64,000 bases of DNA from assembly GCA_035382085.1 (NCBI GenBank), contig DAOSZO010000001.1, positions 4,488 to 68,487 on the forward strand, in the 5' to 3' direction. The stretch comes from Smithella sp. (GTDB lineage: Bacteria; Desulfobacterota; Syntrophia; Syntrophales; Smithellaceae). Under the pieces are notes generated by a model. That model saw only the letters and a program-made list of their open reading frames with translations, had not been told where the DNA came from and ran no database searches. Made by a program: the position numbers and the translations under genes. Positions 1 through 10,446 of this stretch are shown here, piece by piece (within the stretch, counting starts at the first letter, position 1; every line of letters starts with the position of its first letter).

Positions 1-2
1 TG

Positions 3-425
3 GTGGTCACACGGCTCAACAATATTTTCTTTTTACTGCGTTTCGGCACGGGAGATTTGTCGCGTTTGATCACGGAAGCCTGTCCCTGCGGGCGGACGTC
101 CTATCGTCTGGCGGGCATTGCGGGCAGGGTGGGGGACGCCGTGAAGGTTCGCGGATTGTTTGTCGCGCCAAGCCAGCTCAAAATGCTTCAGTCGAAATTC
201 AATAACCTGCCTCTACAGGCTGTGGTCAGCCGAAGCGGTCACGAAGATGTCCTGACATTACGCATTGAAAAAATATCGCCGGAAATCGGCGGCTCGTCGT
301 GGGAAGAGCATTTTAAAAAAGTATTCCGCGACATCTGCACAGTGAGAATCGACAATCTGGAATATATCAGTGCGGGTACTATCAAGCCGGAGGAGAAACT
401 GATTCTGGATCGGAGGGAGTGGTAG
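3..425 (+). CDS. Phenylacetate-CoA ligase / coenzyme F390 synthetase-like adenylate-forming enzyme, C-terminal fragment (5' end outside window)
   Basis: The ORF runs off the left edge. The segment CPCGRTSYRLAGIAGRVGDAVKVRGLFVAPSQL is typical of the PaaK-type C-terminal domain. Confidence 0.6.
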   Translation: MVTRLNNIFFLLRFGTGDLSRLITEACPCGRTSYRLAGIAGRVGDAVKVRGLFVAPSQLKMLQSKFNNLPLQAVVSRSGHEDVLTLRIEKISPEIGGSSWEEHFKKVFRDICTVRIDNLEYISAGTIKPEEKLILDRREW

Positions 426-765
426 GCGGGTTCATTTTTCTGCCTGCTACATACGCATCGATTATCGAAAGCAGCCAGAGAATGATCAGTAAAATACAAA
501 GTAACAGGAAATAAGAATGGTTCATGCCGCGGAAGGATTTTACAGCCAATTGCAGTATTGCTCCTAAACCGAACGTTCCTTTGGCAAGAGGAACGGTTTT
601 CAAAATCACTACGGTTTGCCTCAACAGTCCCCAGAGAATTGATAAAATTCCCACCGTCATTCCCGCTATAATCAGCAATCCCTTTCCATAATTTTTCAGA
701 TAAATCTGTCCCCATCCGGGGAACAGAAGCGCATTGAATAAAACGGCTTTTTGGGCCCGATTCAT
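382..765 (-). CDS. Small integral membrane protein (PGWGQIY motif), function unknown
   Basis: Several hydrophobic helices. ATG at 765 is preceded by GGAGGG; an alternative TTG at 792 overlaps the recJ stop. The 3' end overlaps the convergent PaaK-like gene by 44 nt. Confidence 0.5.
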   Translation of the reverse strand: MNRAQKAVLFNALLFPGWGQIYLKNYGKGLLIIAGMTVGILSILWGLLRQTVVILKTVPLAKGTFGLGAILQLAVKSFRGMNHSYFLLLCILLIILWLLSIIDAYVAGRKMNPPTTPSDPESVSPPA

Positions 766-788
766 GAGCGGATTTTCCCTCCGACGTT

Positions 789-2534
789 TCAATGATTGAT
801 GTTGATGTCTTTAATCTTTAACTGGATTTCCGGTGTGCCGTTCCAGTTATTGATCTGCGGGGTAAAAACAATGTCCAAATTGGCGTCGAACATTTCCGGC
901 AGGTGCCGGGCCATGTTAAACCATATCGATTCAAAAGAAACGCCGTTGCTTTTGACGTACATCTTTAAATGATTTCCTCCGACGACAACAGGCGCGTTGA
1001 TGGAAACATCGCGCGCGTATAGCAAAGGTTCGGGATTATGACTGCCAAACGGCGCCAGCATTTCGATTTGATGGATAAGCTCGAGGCTGATATCCGAAAT
1101 TCGGCAAAGAGAATCAATGGTTGTTTGCGCGATCGTTTCCCTGTTGTCAAAACTATTTGCGGCGATGTCGTTCAATTGGGAGGAAAATTTTGCAATGTTG
1201 TGCTCCGCAATTGTTATGCCGACGGCATGATAATGACCGCCGTAGGAAAGCAGGAAATCCGCGCATTGCAAAATCCCCTGATAAAGGTTGAAACCGGAAA
1301 CGCTGCGTCCGGACCCTTTGCCGGTGCCCTGATTGAGGCTGATGACCAGAGCGGGGCGGTTGTATAATTCAACTAGGCGGGAAGCGACGATTCCCACCAC
1401 GCCCGGGTGCCATTTTTCTGAGGCGAAAACCAAAACGTTTTGTTTTTCCATCTCGGGATTTTTGCCGATGATGTCAAGAATTTCCGCAAGAATTTTCCTT
1501 TCCATCGTCTGACGTTGACGGTTATAGACGTCAAGTTTTTCGGCGAAGATTCTGGCTTCGTCGAGATTGTCGGTCAGCAGCAGCTTGACGGCGTCGGATG
1601 AAGTGGCAATTCTTCCGGCGGCATTGATGCGGGGGATAAGGGAAAAGGACGCTTTGAAGGAATCGATCGTCTGGTTATCGACGTTGCTGATTTCCTTGAG
1701 AGCCTTAATACCCGGTCTCTTTCCTTCTGTGATGAGTTCCAGGCCGATTTTGGAAAAAATTCGGTTTTCATCAACCAGCGGAACCACGTCGCCGATGGTT
1801 CCCAGCGCCACGATATCCAGGTATTCCTTGAGGTTGGGGTAGCTGTTGTTTTTCCAAAACCCTTCCTTGCTTAGAATCGAGCGAAGCGCTATCAGAAAAT
1901 TGAAAGCAATGCCAACGCCGGCAAGTCCCTTGAAGGGGAAAGGACAGTCTTCGCGGTTGGGATTGATCGACGCAAACGCGGGGGGCAGTGATCCTGAAAC
2001 TTCATGGTGGTCCAAAATAATCGTATCAATTCCCAGAGTATTGGCGTAAGCAATTTGCTCCACATCGGAAATCCCGCAATCCACCGTGATCATCAGATGG
2101 ATATTGTCTTTCTTGAATTTATCGATGATCTGCGATTTCAGGCCGTAGCCTTCCTCCACCCGGTCCGGAATGTAATAATCAACGTTTGGCGTGATATCCC
2201 TGATGAATTTATAAAGGATGACAACCGCGGTGATGCCATCGGCGTCGTAATCTCCGTAAATAAGAATATTTTCATTTTCACGAATGGCTTTGAGCAGACG
2301 GTTGACGCCCTTTTTCATGTCTTTCATCAGAAATGGGCTGTGTAAATCATGGAGGGACGGACGCAGATAGCGGCGTGCCGCCTCAATCTCTCGGATGCCT
2401 CTGGAAATCAGGATTTGAGAGATGATGGCGTGAATACCCAACGTGTCGCTGAATAATTTTTCCAAATCCTTATCGCCGGGTTCGTTGACTTTCCATCTCG
2501 CTACCGGCAAAACATTTTCTCCTGTCATCGCCAA
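789..2534 (-). CDS. recJ: Single-stranded-DNA-specific exonuclease RecJ
   Basis: 581 aa with DHH-family motifs YGDYDADGITA, ITVDCG and ILDHHEV, plus a DHHA1-like GGHYHAVG. Confidence 0.9.
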   Translation of the reverse strand: MAMTGENVLPVARWKVNEPGDKDLEKLFSDTLGIHAIISQILISRGIREIEAARRYLRPSLHDLHSPFLMKDMKKGVNRLLKAIRENENILIYGDYDADGITAVVILYKFIRDITPNVDYYIPDRVEEGYGLKSQIIDKFKKDNIHLMITVDCGISDVEQIAYANTLGIDTIILDHHEVSGSLPPAFASINPNREDCPFPFKGLAGVGIAFNFLIALRSILSKEGFWKNNSYPNLKEYLDIVALGTIGDVVPLVDENRIFSKIGLELITEGKRPGIKALKEISNVDNQTIDSFKASFSLIPRINAAGRIATSSDAVKLLLTDNLDEARIFAEKLDVYNRQRQTMERKILAEILDIIGKNPEMEKQNVLVFASEKWHPGVVGIVASRLVELYNRPALVISLNQGTGKGSGRSVSGFNLYQGILQCADFLLSYGGHYHAVGITIAEHNIAKFSSQLNDIAANSFDNRETIAQTTIDSLCRISDISLELIHQIEMLAPFGSHNPEPLLYARDVSINAPVVVGGNHLKMYVKSNGVSFESIWFNMARHLPEMFDANLDIVFTPQINNWNGTPEIQLKIKDININH

Positions 2535-2572
2535 ACTTTCATTTTCATATTCGCTTTTATCATATCAATCCG

Positions 2573-4510
2573 TCATCTGATGTCAAGCTTTTGATCACGC
2601 TTGATAAAAATAAGATTTTTCACCATAGATTCATGTTTCTGCAATTCCAGGGCCGCTCTCTGGAAGTTTTTTATCTCCTTCGGATCAATCGTCGAATCGA
2701 TGTTCTTTTCTTTTGTCTCTAGAGTGAAGGTCGAGTGGCGGAAACTGTATTTTTCCTCAAGCTTTTTAAAAGGCGTTTTAAATTCAAAATCCTTGGGCAA
2801 TCTTTTGATTCGAAAACCGGGAGGAAAAATATAGGCGATCTTTTCAACGGACAGGAATGATTCCTTCAATTCCACCGGATAAATCCGCTGTGTTGCGGCC
2901 GTAATGTCCTTATACGTGTCATAGGATACCACCCCGGATAACAGGATGGTTTCATCGTCGAGGACCTGTGCCGCATTTTTGAAGAAACCCGTGAGTCGGA
3001 TGACGAAGGGTTCTTCCGTTTCCGAAAAGCTTCCGATATCGAGCCGATCGACTTCAATACCGACTTTTTCAAAAAATTTTTTTCGTTGTTCGGGAGAAGA
3101 GTATTTAAAATAATAACGCGCCGATTCCGCCGATTTGCCGAAATAACGGTAAGTGAAGTTGACGGTGGCATGACCGTCGGTGTTGATGGTGTACTGCATA
3201 TCCTGAACATAATAATCTTTCTTGTCGTCAATGGGGGGAGTTTCGATGAACTGGTAAGCGCCATCCGGTTTGATCAGGAAAACCTTCGTGGGAAAAAGAA
3301 AAGGCGGCGAATCAAAAGCAGCGGTTTCGTTGGTGGCGTCCAGCCACAGGTATCTGTTTTTTTGCGTAGCCACGGCAATGATGTGGTTGAAGACTTTCAG
3401 AGAAGGTGTTCCTTCATCAAAATATTTGCCATTGGAGGGCACCAGCGCCGGCATGGCGTCGATCCCCGCGATTTTCAGCATGGTAAGCAGCAGGACAGTC
3501 TTGTCCTTGCAATCGCCGTACCTTTTCCGGAATATTTCTGTGGCCGAATGCGGTACGTGGGTGTGCGGTCCCAACAGGACGGCGATATAGCGGACATTTT
3601 GGGAAACAAACTTGAAAATGGCGTTGATTTTTTCTTCATCGGTTGATTTCCCTTCAATGAGCTTCTGGGTGAAGGATTCCAATTCCGGATCCGACGTCAT
3701 TTTTTCCCGCACCAGCTTGGCATACCATTGGGAAATCGTTTCCCATCGATCAAGCGTCCAGATAGAAATCTGGGGGAACGTATTTTTGTCCCACAAAGAA
3801 GGCATTCTGGATTCGGGAATGATCTCCTTCTGTTTTCTGTTGATGAAAACGTATTTTTTCTTGCGGTTGCCTGCCGTGGAAATCTCTGGCACAATATCCG
3901 TATTGAAATTCTTCATCTTCAACTCCAAGCTTCTGGGCAGGACGATTTCCAAAATATCTTCCTCGATGGGATAAAGGTTGCGGCAGAAAAATGTTTCAGA
4001 ATAATCCAGGGACAAAATGGGTTTTAAGTTTCTTATTTCGTAGGCGTATTCGATGACGCAATTGTCTTCTACGGCAGGCATGGTGAATTTTTTGACTTTG
4101 ATATCCGTGTAAAATTGATAGCCGGCATACTCGGCAGTATCGTAGATATCATTTTTGTTCAAGGGCACAACCTGGCCGTCCGGCTTGATGGTGTTGGCGA
4201 AAAGAACATCAACCTCCTGGTAACCTTCGCGATAGGAAATCGAAACGGTGGCGAAGTTGCGTCCCCGTTCATTGAATATTTTCATCCGATGAATATTCCG
4301 GTTTACGCTGGTTCCGTCATCATGGAGTTCAACATAAGAGTAGGAAAACAAAAGATCCGCTCCCGCATTGGGATGGTCTTGGGCTTGGGGTGTCTGTTCA
4401 AGGAAAGAACGGACATCCTCCTGCGTGATGCTTCGGAGGTAGGGGTGAGAGGTCGTGCAGGAAGAAGTAAAAATAATCACTAATAAAAGAAAATATTTGA
4501 AAAAGCGCAT
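2573..4510 (-). CDS. Transglutaminase-like lipoprotein (DUF3857/transglutaminase-core architecture)
   Basis: Lipoprotein-type signal (LLLVIIFTSSC). Transglutaminase-core Cys motif RYGDCKDKTVLLLTMLKIAGIDA. 645 aa. Confidence 0.6.
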   Translation of the reverse strand: MRFFKYFLLLVIIFTSSCTTSHPYLRSITQEDVRSFLEQTPQAQDHPNAGADLLFSYSYVELHDDGTSVNRNIHRMKIFNERGRNFATVSISYREGYQEVDVLFANTIKPDGQVVPLNKNDIYDTAEYAGYQFYTDIKVKKFTMPAVEDNCVIEYAYEIRNLKPILSLDYSETFFCRNLYPIEEDILEIVLPRSLELKMKNFNTDIVPEISTAGNRKKKYVFINRKQKEIIPESRMPSLWDKNTFPQISIWTLDRWETISQWYAKLVREKMTSDPELESFTQKLIEGKSTDEEKINAIFKFVSQNVRYIAVLLGPHTHVPHSATEIFRKRYGDCKDKTVLLLTMLKIAGIDAMPALVPSNGKYFDEGTPSLKVFNHIIAVATQKNRYLWLDATNETAAFDSPPFLFPTKVFLIKPDGAYQFIETPPIDDKKDYYVQDMQYTINTDGHATVNFTYRYFGKSAESARYYFKYSSPEQRKKFFEKVGIEVDRLDIGSFSETEEPFVIRLTGFFKNAAQVLDDETILLSGVVSYDTYKDITAATQRIYPVELKESFLSVEKIAYIFPPGFRIKRLPKDFEFKTPFKKLEEKYSFRHSTFTLETKEKNIDSTIDPKEIKNFQRAALELQKHESMVKNLIFIKRDQKLDIR

Positions 4511-4567
4511 AGCAGACCTTTTTTATCAATTATCATACATGCTTTGAGCTGAAGCGTCAATTGCTCA

Positions 4568-4828
4568 TTGAATCTTTCGTCGCAACATGATAATTTTACA
4601 AAGTCTATGATAAAGAGATATTTTAAATTGGATAGAAAGAACATCGCCGCAGTGCAGTTTATCCTGGAAGGATACGAGAACATGGCCAACGTCACGACGA
4701 TGGATTCCCGCATCGCCGTGATTCGGATCGCCATTGTTGAAGATTTTCTTTGTGAAATAAACACGCTTCTCGATCGTCTAAAAATGGACTATTCGATGCA
4801 GGAAGTCGATCCCGCCGGCAATCCTTGA
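4568..4828 (+). CDS. Small conserved protein, DUF4911-like
   Basis: The pattern FKLDRKNIAAVQFILEGYENMANVTTMD...AVIRI resembles DUF4911, recalled from memory. The start is uncertain; ATG at 4610 is possible. Confidence 0.4.
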   Translation: MNLSSQHDNFTKSMIKRYFKLDRKNIAAVQFILEGYENMANVTTMDSRIAVIRIAIVEDFLCEINTLLDRLKMDYSMQEVDPAGNP

Positions 4829-4850
4829 CAAATTCATTTCAGGATTATTT

Positions 4851-5666
4851 ATGTTCATGCTCACGCATACGTACTTTCTTCAGAACGTTTTGGAACAAGG
4901 CAGTCCGAAACGCTCATCGCTGGATATTTACGTGTATAACATCATGCCGGATCTTTTGACCATCCATCCAAAGATTTCCGCCAACAAAACCCATGCGGTA
5001 AAACGGGACATGGAAATACCTCTGATTCATTCCAAAGTGGCCTTTACGTTTTTTCATCTTTTGGTGGACGACTTGGCTCATTACGGCCGCACAGATTCAG
5101 ATCTTCGGGAAGGTTTTGATGCTGATTCCCAAGGCTACTGTTATATCAAGGGGCGCGATCTTGTTGGTCCCATCGTAGAGTTGCATGGCTTAATCGACAG
5201 GGAAATTTCCAATGACGAGGCCGTTTACCAGTCCCACCTTATCATTGAAATGATGTTTGATTTAATCATTGCGCGGCAAATTGAGGAATTCCGGACCATT
5301 GACCTTCTGGTGGAAGCCCTTCAATACACGGCCGACCGAAAACTCAACGAACTTTCGGATGACATGAACTGGCTGTACGGTTTTGAAAAAGGCCAGATCG
5401 CTGATGTCATGCAGGCCGCAATTCATTACGTGACCCGGGAAGGGATGGACCGCCTGATGAACATCCAGGGCCGAATCAATCTTTACCAGGAAAAATTTGG
5501 ACTCCACTCCGACGAGATGATATTTTCTTCTGCTTTGACAAAAATGTTTGAGAAGGCTTTGACGCTGATTGACGATGAAGATCTTTTTTTGCAGCAGTCC
5601 ATCGGTGCGATTCAGAAACTCAAGGAAAAGGCTTGTGGTTTAAACGGCCTTTTGCACATACCCTGA
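4851..5666 (+). CDS. Hypothetical protein (His/Asp-rich, possible metal-dependent hydrolase)
   Basis: 271-aa ORF with coding-like composition and no confidently recognised family. The 3' end overlaps the convergent rpmB by 27 nt. Confidence 0.4.
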   Translation: MFMLTHTYFLQNVLEQGSPKRSSLDIYVYNIMPDLLTIHPKISANKTHAVKRDMEIPLIHSKVAFTFFHLLVDDLAHYGRTDSDLREGFDADSQGYCYIKGRDLVGPIVELHGLIDREISNDEAVYQSHLIIEMMFDLIIARQIEEFRTIDLLVEALQYTADRKLNELSDDMNWLYGFEKGQIADVMQAAIHYVTREGMDRLMNIQGRINLYQEKFGLHSDEMIFSSALTKMFEKALTLIDDEDLFLQQSIGAIQKLKEKACGLNGLLHIP

Positions 5667-5837
5667 ACGAATGCAACGGGTGCACACCTTGACTCTTTTT
5701 ACCGAACCGGATTTTTTATCCACGCAACGCAGTTTCTGGAGATTGGGATACCAGACTGCCTTTGTTCTATTGTTGGCATGGCTGACTTTGTTGCCTATTA
5801 CCGGCTTTTTGCCGCACACCTCGCAAACTCGAGACAT
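5640..5837 (-). CDS. rpmB: 50S ribosomal protein L28
   Basis: [26 protein letters not shown]... is a canonical L28 N-terminus. RBS AGGAGG lies upstream. Confidence 0.92.
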   Translation of the reverse strand: MSRVCEVCGKKPVIGNKVSHANNRTKAVWYPNLQKLRCVDKKSGSVKRVKVCTRCIRSGYVQKAV

Positions 5838-5987
5838 GATATAACCTCCTGAAAAAGTGCGTCGTTACTAAACCATAAGAGATTATTTTGCAAGCATTTT
5901 TTCCGTTTAATTTTCATTGGGACCGAAAAACAGCCGCAGAAGTCAGTATCTGTTCTCAAATATATGAAATAATTGATGATTATTAAA

Positions 5988-7295
5988 TCAGGGGATGCGA
6001 TTGACCATCAAGGGTGGTTGGCCGGTTGTTTGCAAAACCCTCTGCCAGATATCGTCCTCGGGATCAATCTTGCGACTGGAAGAGACCGCTGCAAGGGGAA
6101 GATGAACATATTCGTTTTTCAAAAGGGCGACGAGAATTCCCGTCTTGCCCGCCATGCCGGCATGAACGGCGTATTGTCCCAGGGAGTTGCAATAGATGCC
6201 GTCGGACGCGTTGGCCGGAATGGAACGGATTAAATAACTGGGCTCGATATATTTTAGGTTGATCTCCATGGCGGTTTTCCTGAAATAATCTTCAATAGAC
6301 TTTTTAAGATACAATCCGATGTCCAGAAGTCGGACGTTGCCGGAAGGATCTTTTTCAATCGGGAGATTGTCTTTTTTTAAAAGACTTTGGCCCGCGCCTT
6401 CAGCGACAATAATGACCGCATGGCCTTTGGATACTAAACGTTTTTTTAGATGATATAAGAATCCGTTTCTTCCGAACATATCGAAAGGAACCTCCGGAAT
6501 CAAAACGAAATTGGCTTCGTTCTGCGCCAAAGCCGCATGGGCGGCAATGTGACCGGAGTTTCGTCCCATCAGTTTAATCAGCCCGATGCCGTTGAATGCG
6601 CCCTTTGCCTCGACGTGAGCGCTTTTGATGGCTTCAGCCGCTTTTTCAATAGCGGTGTCAAAGCCAAAGGATTTTTCAATCAGATTCAAATCATTGTCAA
6701 TGGTCTTGGGAATACAGACCACAGCTATGTTCAAATTTTTTTTCTGGATTTCCTCGGATAATTTTTCCGCAGCCCTGATGGTGCCGTCACCGCCGATGCA
6801 AAAAAGAATGTTGATTTTAAGACGGCGGAGATAATCTGTCATCACCTGAACATCCTGGGGGCCGCGGGAGGTTGCAAGAATGCTTCCTCCGATACTGGTG
6901 ATATCTTTGACTTTATCCGGCGACAGCGCGACCGGTTCGTGTCCGCAGGCCGGATTCAATCCCCGAAAACCATATCGTATTCCCCAAACGGATCGAACCT
7001 CGTAGCTGTAGAAAAGCGTTATGATGATGGACCGGATAACATCATTGATGCCCGGGCAAAGGCCGCCACAGGTTACAATAGCCGCTTTCGTTTGATCGGA
7101 TGGAAAATAAATTTTTTCACGCGGTCCGGCAAGCTCAACGGATATTGGGTCTCCTTTTTTATCCGTAACGGAATCATAATCATCCAGATAGACGTTGAAA
7201 AGCATCCTTTTTTTATCGGAGGTGAAGTTCGTAATGTTGAGCGGAGAGGGGTACCTCCTTGGGCCGAGATTGCTAATCGAAAAATCAAGCATCAT
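5988..7295 (-). CDS. pfkA: 6-phosphofructokinase (long form; GGDG motif suggests ATP-dependent)
   Basis: Motifs GGLCPGINDVIR, CIGGDGT, PKTIDNDL and MGRNSG. Start chosen at ATGATG (7295) behind GGAGAA. The ORF-track extension to 7433 overlaps the upstream gene. Confidence 0.85.
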   Translation of the reverse strand: MMLDFSISNLGPRRYPSPLNITNFTSDKKRMLFNVYLDDYDSVTDKKGDPISVELAGPREKIYFPSDQTKAAIVTCGGLCPGINDVIRSIIITLFYSYEVRSVWGIRYGFRGLNPACGHEPVALSPDKVKDITSIGGSILATSRGPQDVQVMTDYLRRLKINILFCIGGDGTIRAAEKLSEEIQKKNLNIAVVCIPKTIDNDLNLIEKSFGFDTAIEKAAEAIKSAHVEAKGAFNGIGLIKLMGRNSGHIAAHAALAQNEANFVLIPEVPFDMFGRNGFLYHLKKRLVSKGHAVIIVAEGAGQSLLKKDNLPIEKDPSGNVRLLDIGLYLKKSIEDYFRKTAMEINLKYIEPSYLIRSIPANASDGIYCNSLGQYAVHAGMAGKTGILVALLKNEYVHLPLAAVSSSRKIDPEDDIWQRVLQTTGQPPLMVNRIP

Positions 7296-8730
7296 GCCTT
7301 TTCTCCTTATCCAAGACCTGATAGGCTGCGTTGATACCCGACAGGATTTCCCCGTCGTAACCAATATCCAGAAGCAGAGAAGCGCCGGTGAGGTAGATGT
7401 TTTTGAATCTTGTTTCAAGGCCTTTTGCGGCAAGGCCCGTCAAGAAAGCGTTGCGCACTTGATACTTGGAATTGATGAGCTGAAGATGTTTTTTGGAGAT
7501 AGCGATGGACGCGCTCAGGTCATAGAATTCTATGTTTTCCCTTAAAAAGGGAAGGAAAAATTCCAGTTGATTCAAGACGATTTCCGCCTTTTGCGTTAAA
7601 TTTTCCTCAGTCCAGGCATCCAGCACGTTCGGTAAGAATACGGTAACCGAAAACGGAATTGTCGATGCCGTCAGATCCTTGTCGTTGTCGGCGCAGGAAC
7701 ACAGAACCATCAGATTATCATCATAAATATCTTTTTCGACATCGCTGACCACGGCGACATGTCTGGCCATTTTTTCAGGAAGAGCGTGTGGCTTTACCCC
7801 CAAATGAAGGGTAAACGGGCAATGGCTGATTTTTGCGGGTCTGAGCCAATCTCCGAAATTGATTTTCTTTTTCTTGTCAATCAGTAAATGCATGTTTTGC
7901 CATTTGGTGCTGACAATCATTTTATAGGCTTCAATTGTTAAGGGCGTTTTCTCCGAATCGTTATACGTGATTTCGAAAGGCTTTCCTTTTTTTATGGAAA
8001 GCGCTTCGGCGCCATTTAAATAAAGCCCTCCAGATGCCATCACCTTTTGAACGGCGGCTTCAAAAATCGTTTGTTTGCCCTTTGGGAAATATCCCACGCC
8101 CAAAAGAGGAGCAAAGAGCGGATAAAATGAAAATATGGAATTTCGATGGTTGCGGTGGAAAGAGAGAAGGCATTGCTGGGCTTCGACCACTTTTCGGAAA
8201 GCAGGTTGGCGCGACATGATTTTGTTGAGCTTGAGTCTTGCTAAACGATTCTTGATCATATCGGGGGCAAGCTTAAGATAATCAAAATATTCATTGAGGC
8301 CAAATGTCTTAATGCGGGGATGCTGTTGCAGCCAGGATTGCGATACGGACAAAAGGGTTTCAAGAGAATCATAAAAAGATTTCACTTCGGCGGCCACTTC
8401 AGGGAATTCCCGGATGATTTCCTGAACCAAAAGATTTTTATCATGGAAGAAATCTATCCGATGCCCGGGAAGAATCACCTGATATCCGGGATCCAATAGT
8501 GAAATTTTATAAGCGATGTTTAATTGTTTTAAAAAAGAATTTCCGGCTTCAGTGAAGACAAAACCGGGCAGGGGGGTGCAATCAATATTGAAGGAAACGC
8601 CTCCGATTGTTGCGTTATCCCCCATACCGATCTCAGCAAGGAGCGCCGTTTTCAGGCCTCTTGCCGCCGCCGTGGCTGCCGCCACATAAGAGGAAAGATC
8701 ATCTCCTATTACTATCAAGTCGTAAATCAA
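7285..8730 (-). CDS. Phytoene-desaturase/CrtI-like FAD/NAD(P)-binding oxidoreductase family protein
   Basis: N-terminal Rossmann-like DLIVIGDDLSSYVAAATAAARGLKTALL with a degenerate GxGxxG. 481 aa. The stop overlaps the pfk start by 11 nt. Confidence 0.5.
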   Translation of the reverse strand: MIYDLIVIGDDLSSYVAAATAAARGLKTALLAEIGMGDNATIGGVSFNIDCTPLPGFVFTEAGNSFLKQLNIAYKISLLDPGYQVILPGHRIDFFHDKNLLVQEIIREFPEVAAEVKSFYDSLETLLSVSQSWLQQHPRIKTFGLNEYFDYLKLAPDMIKNRLARLKLNKIMSRQPAFRKVVEAQQCLLSFHRNHRNSIFSFYPLFAPLLGVGYFPKGKQTIFEAAVQKVMASGGLYLNGAEALSIKKGKPFEITYNDSEKTPLTIEAYKMIVSTKWQNMHLLIDKKKKINFGDWLRPAKISHCPFTLHLGVKPHALPEKMARHVAVVSDVEKDIYDDNLMVLCSCADNDKDLTASTIPFSVTVFLPNVLDAWTEENLTQKAEIVLNQLEFFLPFLRENIEFYDLSASIAISKKHLQLINSKYQVRNAFLTGLAAKGLETRFKNIYLTGASLLLDIGYDGEILSGINAAYQVLDKEKRHDA

Positions 8731-8775
8731 CGGAAAGAAACCTTTTTAAAAAAATGCGACTGCAACGACGGTGAA

Positions 8776-9390
8776 TCAGTTTTTCACAAAAACTTTGCGA
8801 CCCCGTATTTCCAATCTGCCTTCGGCAAACCACTGGATGGCCTGCGGATAAATTCTGTGTTCTTCTTTCAAAATTCTGGCCGCCAGAGTTTCGTCCGTAT
8901 CGCTATCCAACACCGGCACGGCCGCCTGAATGATGATCGGTCCGGTATCGACGCCCTCGTCGACGAAATGCACGGTGCAGCCCGATATTTTCACGCCGTA
9001 ATCAAAAGCCTGCTTCTGCGCGTGAAGACCCGGAAAGGAGGGCAGGAGCGCCGGGTGAATGTTCATCACCCTCTGGGGAAACGCCCTCAAGAAAGTCGGC
9101 GTTAGAATCCGCATGAAGCCGGCCAGCACAACAAGGTCAACGTCGTTTTCCTTTAAAATTCGAACAAGCTCCCGGTCGAAGTCTTCTTTATCTTTAAAAT
9201 TTTTGCTTTGCAGCACCCGGCAGGGAATACCGTGTTTTTCCGCCCTGGTGATGCCGAAAGCGCCGGCATTGTTGCTGATGACGATTTTGATGACCGCGCA
9301 AAGCGATCCGCTTTCGATATGGTCGATGATGGATTGAAGATTAGAGCCGTTGCCGGAGATGAGCACTCCCAGTTTCAACAAATCAGCCAT
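8776..9390 (-). CDS. purN: Phosphoribosylglycinamide formyltransferase
   Basis: Motifs VLISGNGSNLQ, NIHPALLPSFPG and SGCTVHFVDEGVDTGPII. Confidence 0.92.
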   Translation of the reverse strand: MADLLKLGVLISGNGSNLQSIIDHIESGSLCAVIKIVISNNAGAFGITRAEKHGIPCRVLQSKNFKDKEDFDRELVRILKENDVDLVVLAGFMRILTPTFLRAFPQRVMNIHPALLPSFPGLHAQKQAFDYGVKISGCTVHFVDEGVDTGPIIIQAAVPVLDSDTDETLAARILKEEHRIYPQAIQWFAEGRLEIRGRKVFVKN

Positions 9391-9396
9391 GGCCTT

Positions 9397-10446
9397 TCAT
9401 TTTCCTTCCAGGATGACAGCTTCCTGTTTGTCATCTCTTTTTTCAATCGTTCCGATCCAATAGGCTTTTTCATTCATCAGGCTCAAATATTCCAGGACCT
9501 CCTGGCAATCTTTTTCCGAAACGATCAGGATCATGCCGATCCCCATGTTGAAGACGCGGAACATTTCCCTCTCGTCGATATTTCCCGTTTGCTGAATAAG
9601 ATGAAAGACCGGCAAAACGGGCCAGGTCCCCTTTCGGATCACGCAGCGACACGCCCGCGGGACGACGCGCGGAATGTTGTCATAAAACCCTCCGCCGGTG
9701 ACATGCACCAGGCCCTTGATGTTGAATTTTTTGAAAAGGTTCAGAAGCGGCTTGACGTAGATTTTTGTCGGCTCCAGAAGTTCCATGCCGATGGTTTTGT
9801 CAAGTCCGGGAACCTCATCAGTCATGTTGAAACGTCCTTTTTCCAGTAGAGCCTTCCTGGCAAGAGAAAAACCGTTGCTGTGAAGACCGCTGGAAGCCAA
9901 ACCGATCACCTGATCGTTGATTTTGATTTCCGCACCGCTGATGATTTTTTCCATTTCCACGATGCCGACGCAAAATCCGGCCAAATCATATTCGCCGGGA
10001 CCATAGAAGCCGGGCATTTCAGCGGTTTCTCCGCCCAGCAGCGCGCATCCCGCCTGACGGCATCCTTCCGCGATGCCTTCGATGATCCTTACACTCTTTT
10101 CAAGTTCGATTTTTCCAGTAGCCAGATAGTCCAGAAAAAACAGGGGTTCCGCTCCCTGGACCACCACGTCATTGACGGACATGGCCACAAGATCAATGCC
10201 GATGGTGTCGTGTTTGTCCATCATCTGAGCGATTTTGAGTTTTGTGCCAACGCCGTCCGTGGACGAAACCAAAACGGGATTCTTGTAGGCCATGGAATTC
10301 AGACGAAACAGGCCACCAAATCCCCCGATGCCGGAGAAGACTTCTTTGCGCGCTGTCGTTTTGACGGATTCTTTGATGCGTTCGACAAATTCATTGGCGG
10401 TGTCAATATCCACGCCCGCATCTTTATAGGTGATTTGATCTGTCAT
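9397..10446 (-). CDS. purM: Phosphoribosylformylglycinamidine cyclo-ligase (AIR synthetase)
   Basis: Motifs YKDAGVDID, GGFGGLF, STDGVGTK and GGETAEMPG. Confidence 0.93.
   Translation of the reverse strand: MTDQITYKDAGVDIDTANEFVERIKESVKTTARKEVFSGIGGFGGLFRLNSMAYKNPVLVSSTDGVGTKLKIAQMMDKHDTIGIDLVAMSVNDVVVQGAEPLFFLDYLATGKIELEKSVRIIEGIAEGCRQAGCALLGGETAEMPGFYGPGEYDLAGFCVGIVEMEKIISGAEIKINDQVIGLASSGLHSNGFSLARKALLEKGRFNMTDEVPGLDKTIGMELLEPTKIYVKPLLNLFKKFNIKGLVHVTGGGFYDNIPRVVPRACRCVIRKGTWPVLPVFHLIQQTGNIDEREMFRVFNMGIGMILIVSEKDCQEVLEYLSLMNEKAYWIGTIEKRDDKQEAVILEGK

Noticed and set aside
382-425. 44-nt convergent overlap of the PaaK-like gene and the membrane-protein gene as a regulatory antisense arrangement
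   Set aside because: The overlap involves only the unconserved Pro/Ser-rich tail of the membrane protein. It is probably just the position of the first stop codon, and nothing supports a functional interaction.
7296-7433. N-terminal extensions proposed by the ORF track: pfk to 7433, pilW to 54368, FimT-like to 55100, dtd to 29551, argS to 49383, rplS to 42970, PilY1 to 53045
   Set aside because: The extensions overlap upstream genes or a terminator hairpin and lack similarity to the family N-termini. Internal ATGs with Shine-Dalgarno sequences reproduce the canonical N-termini or prepilin leader motifs.
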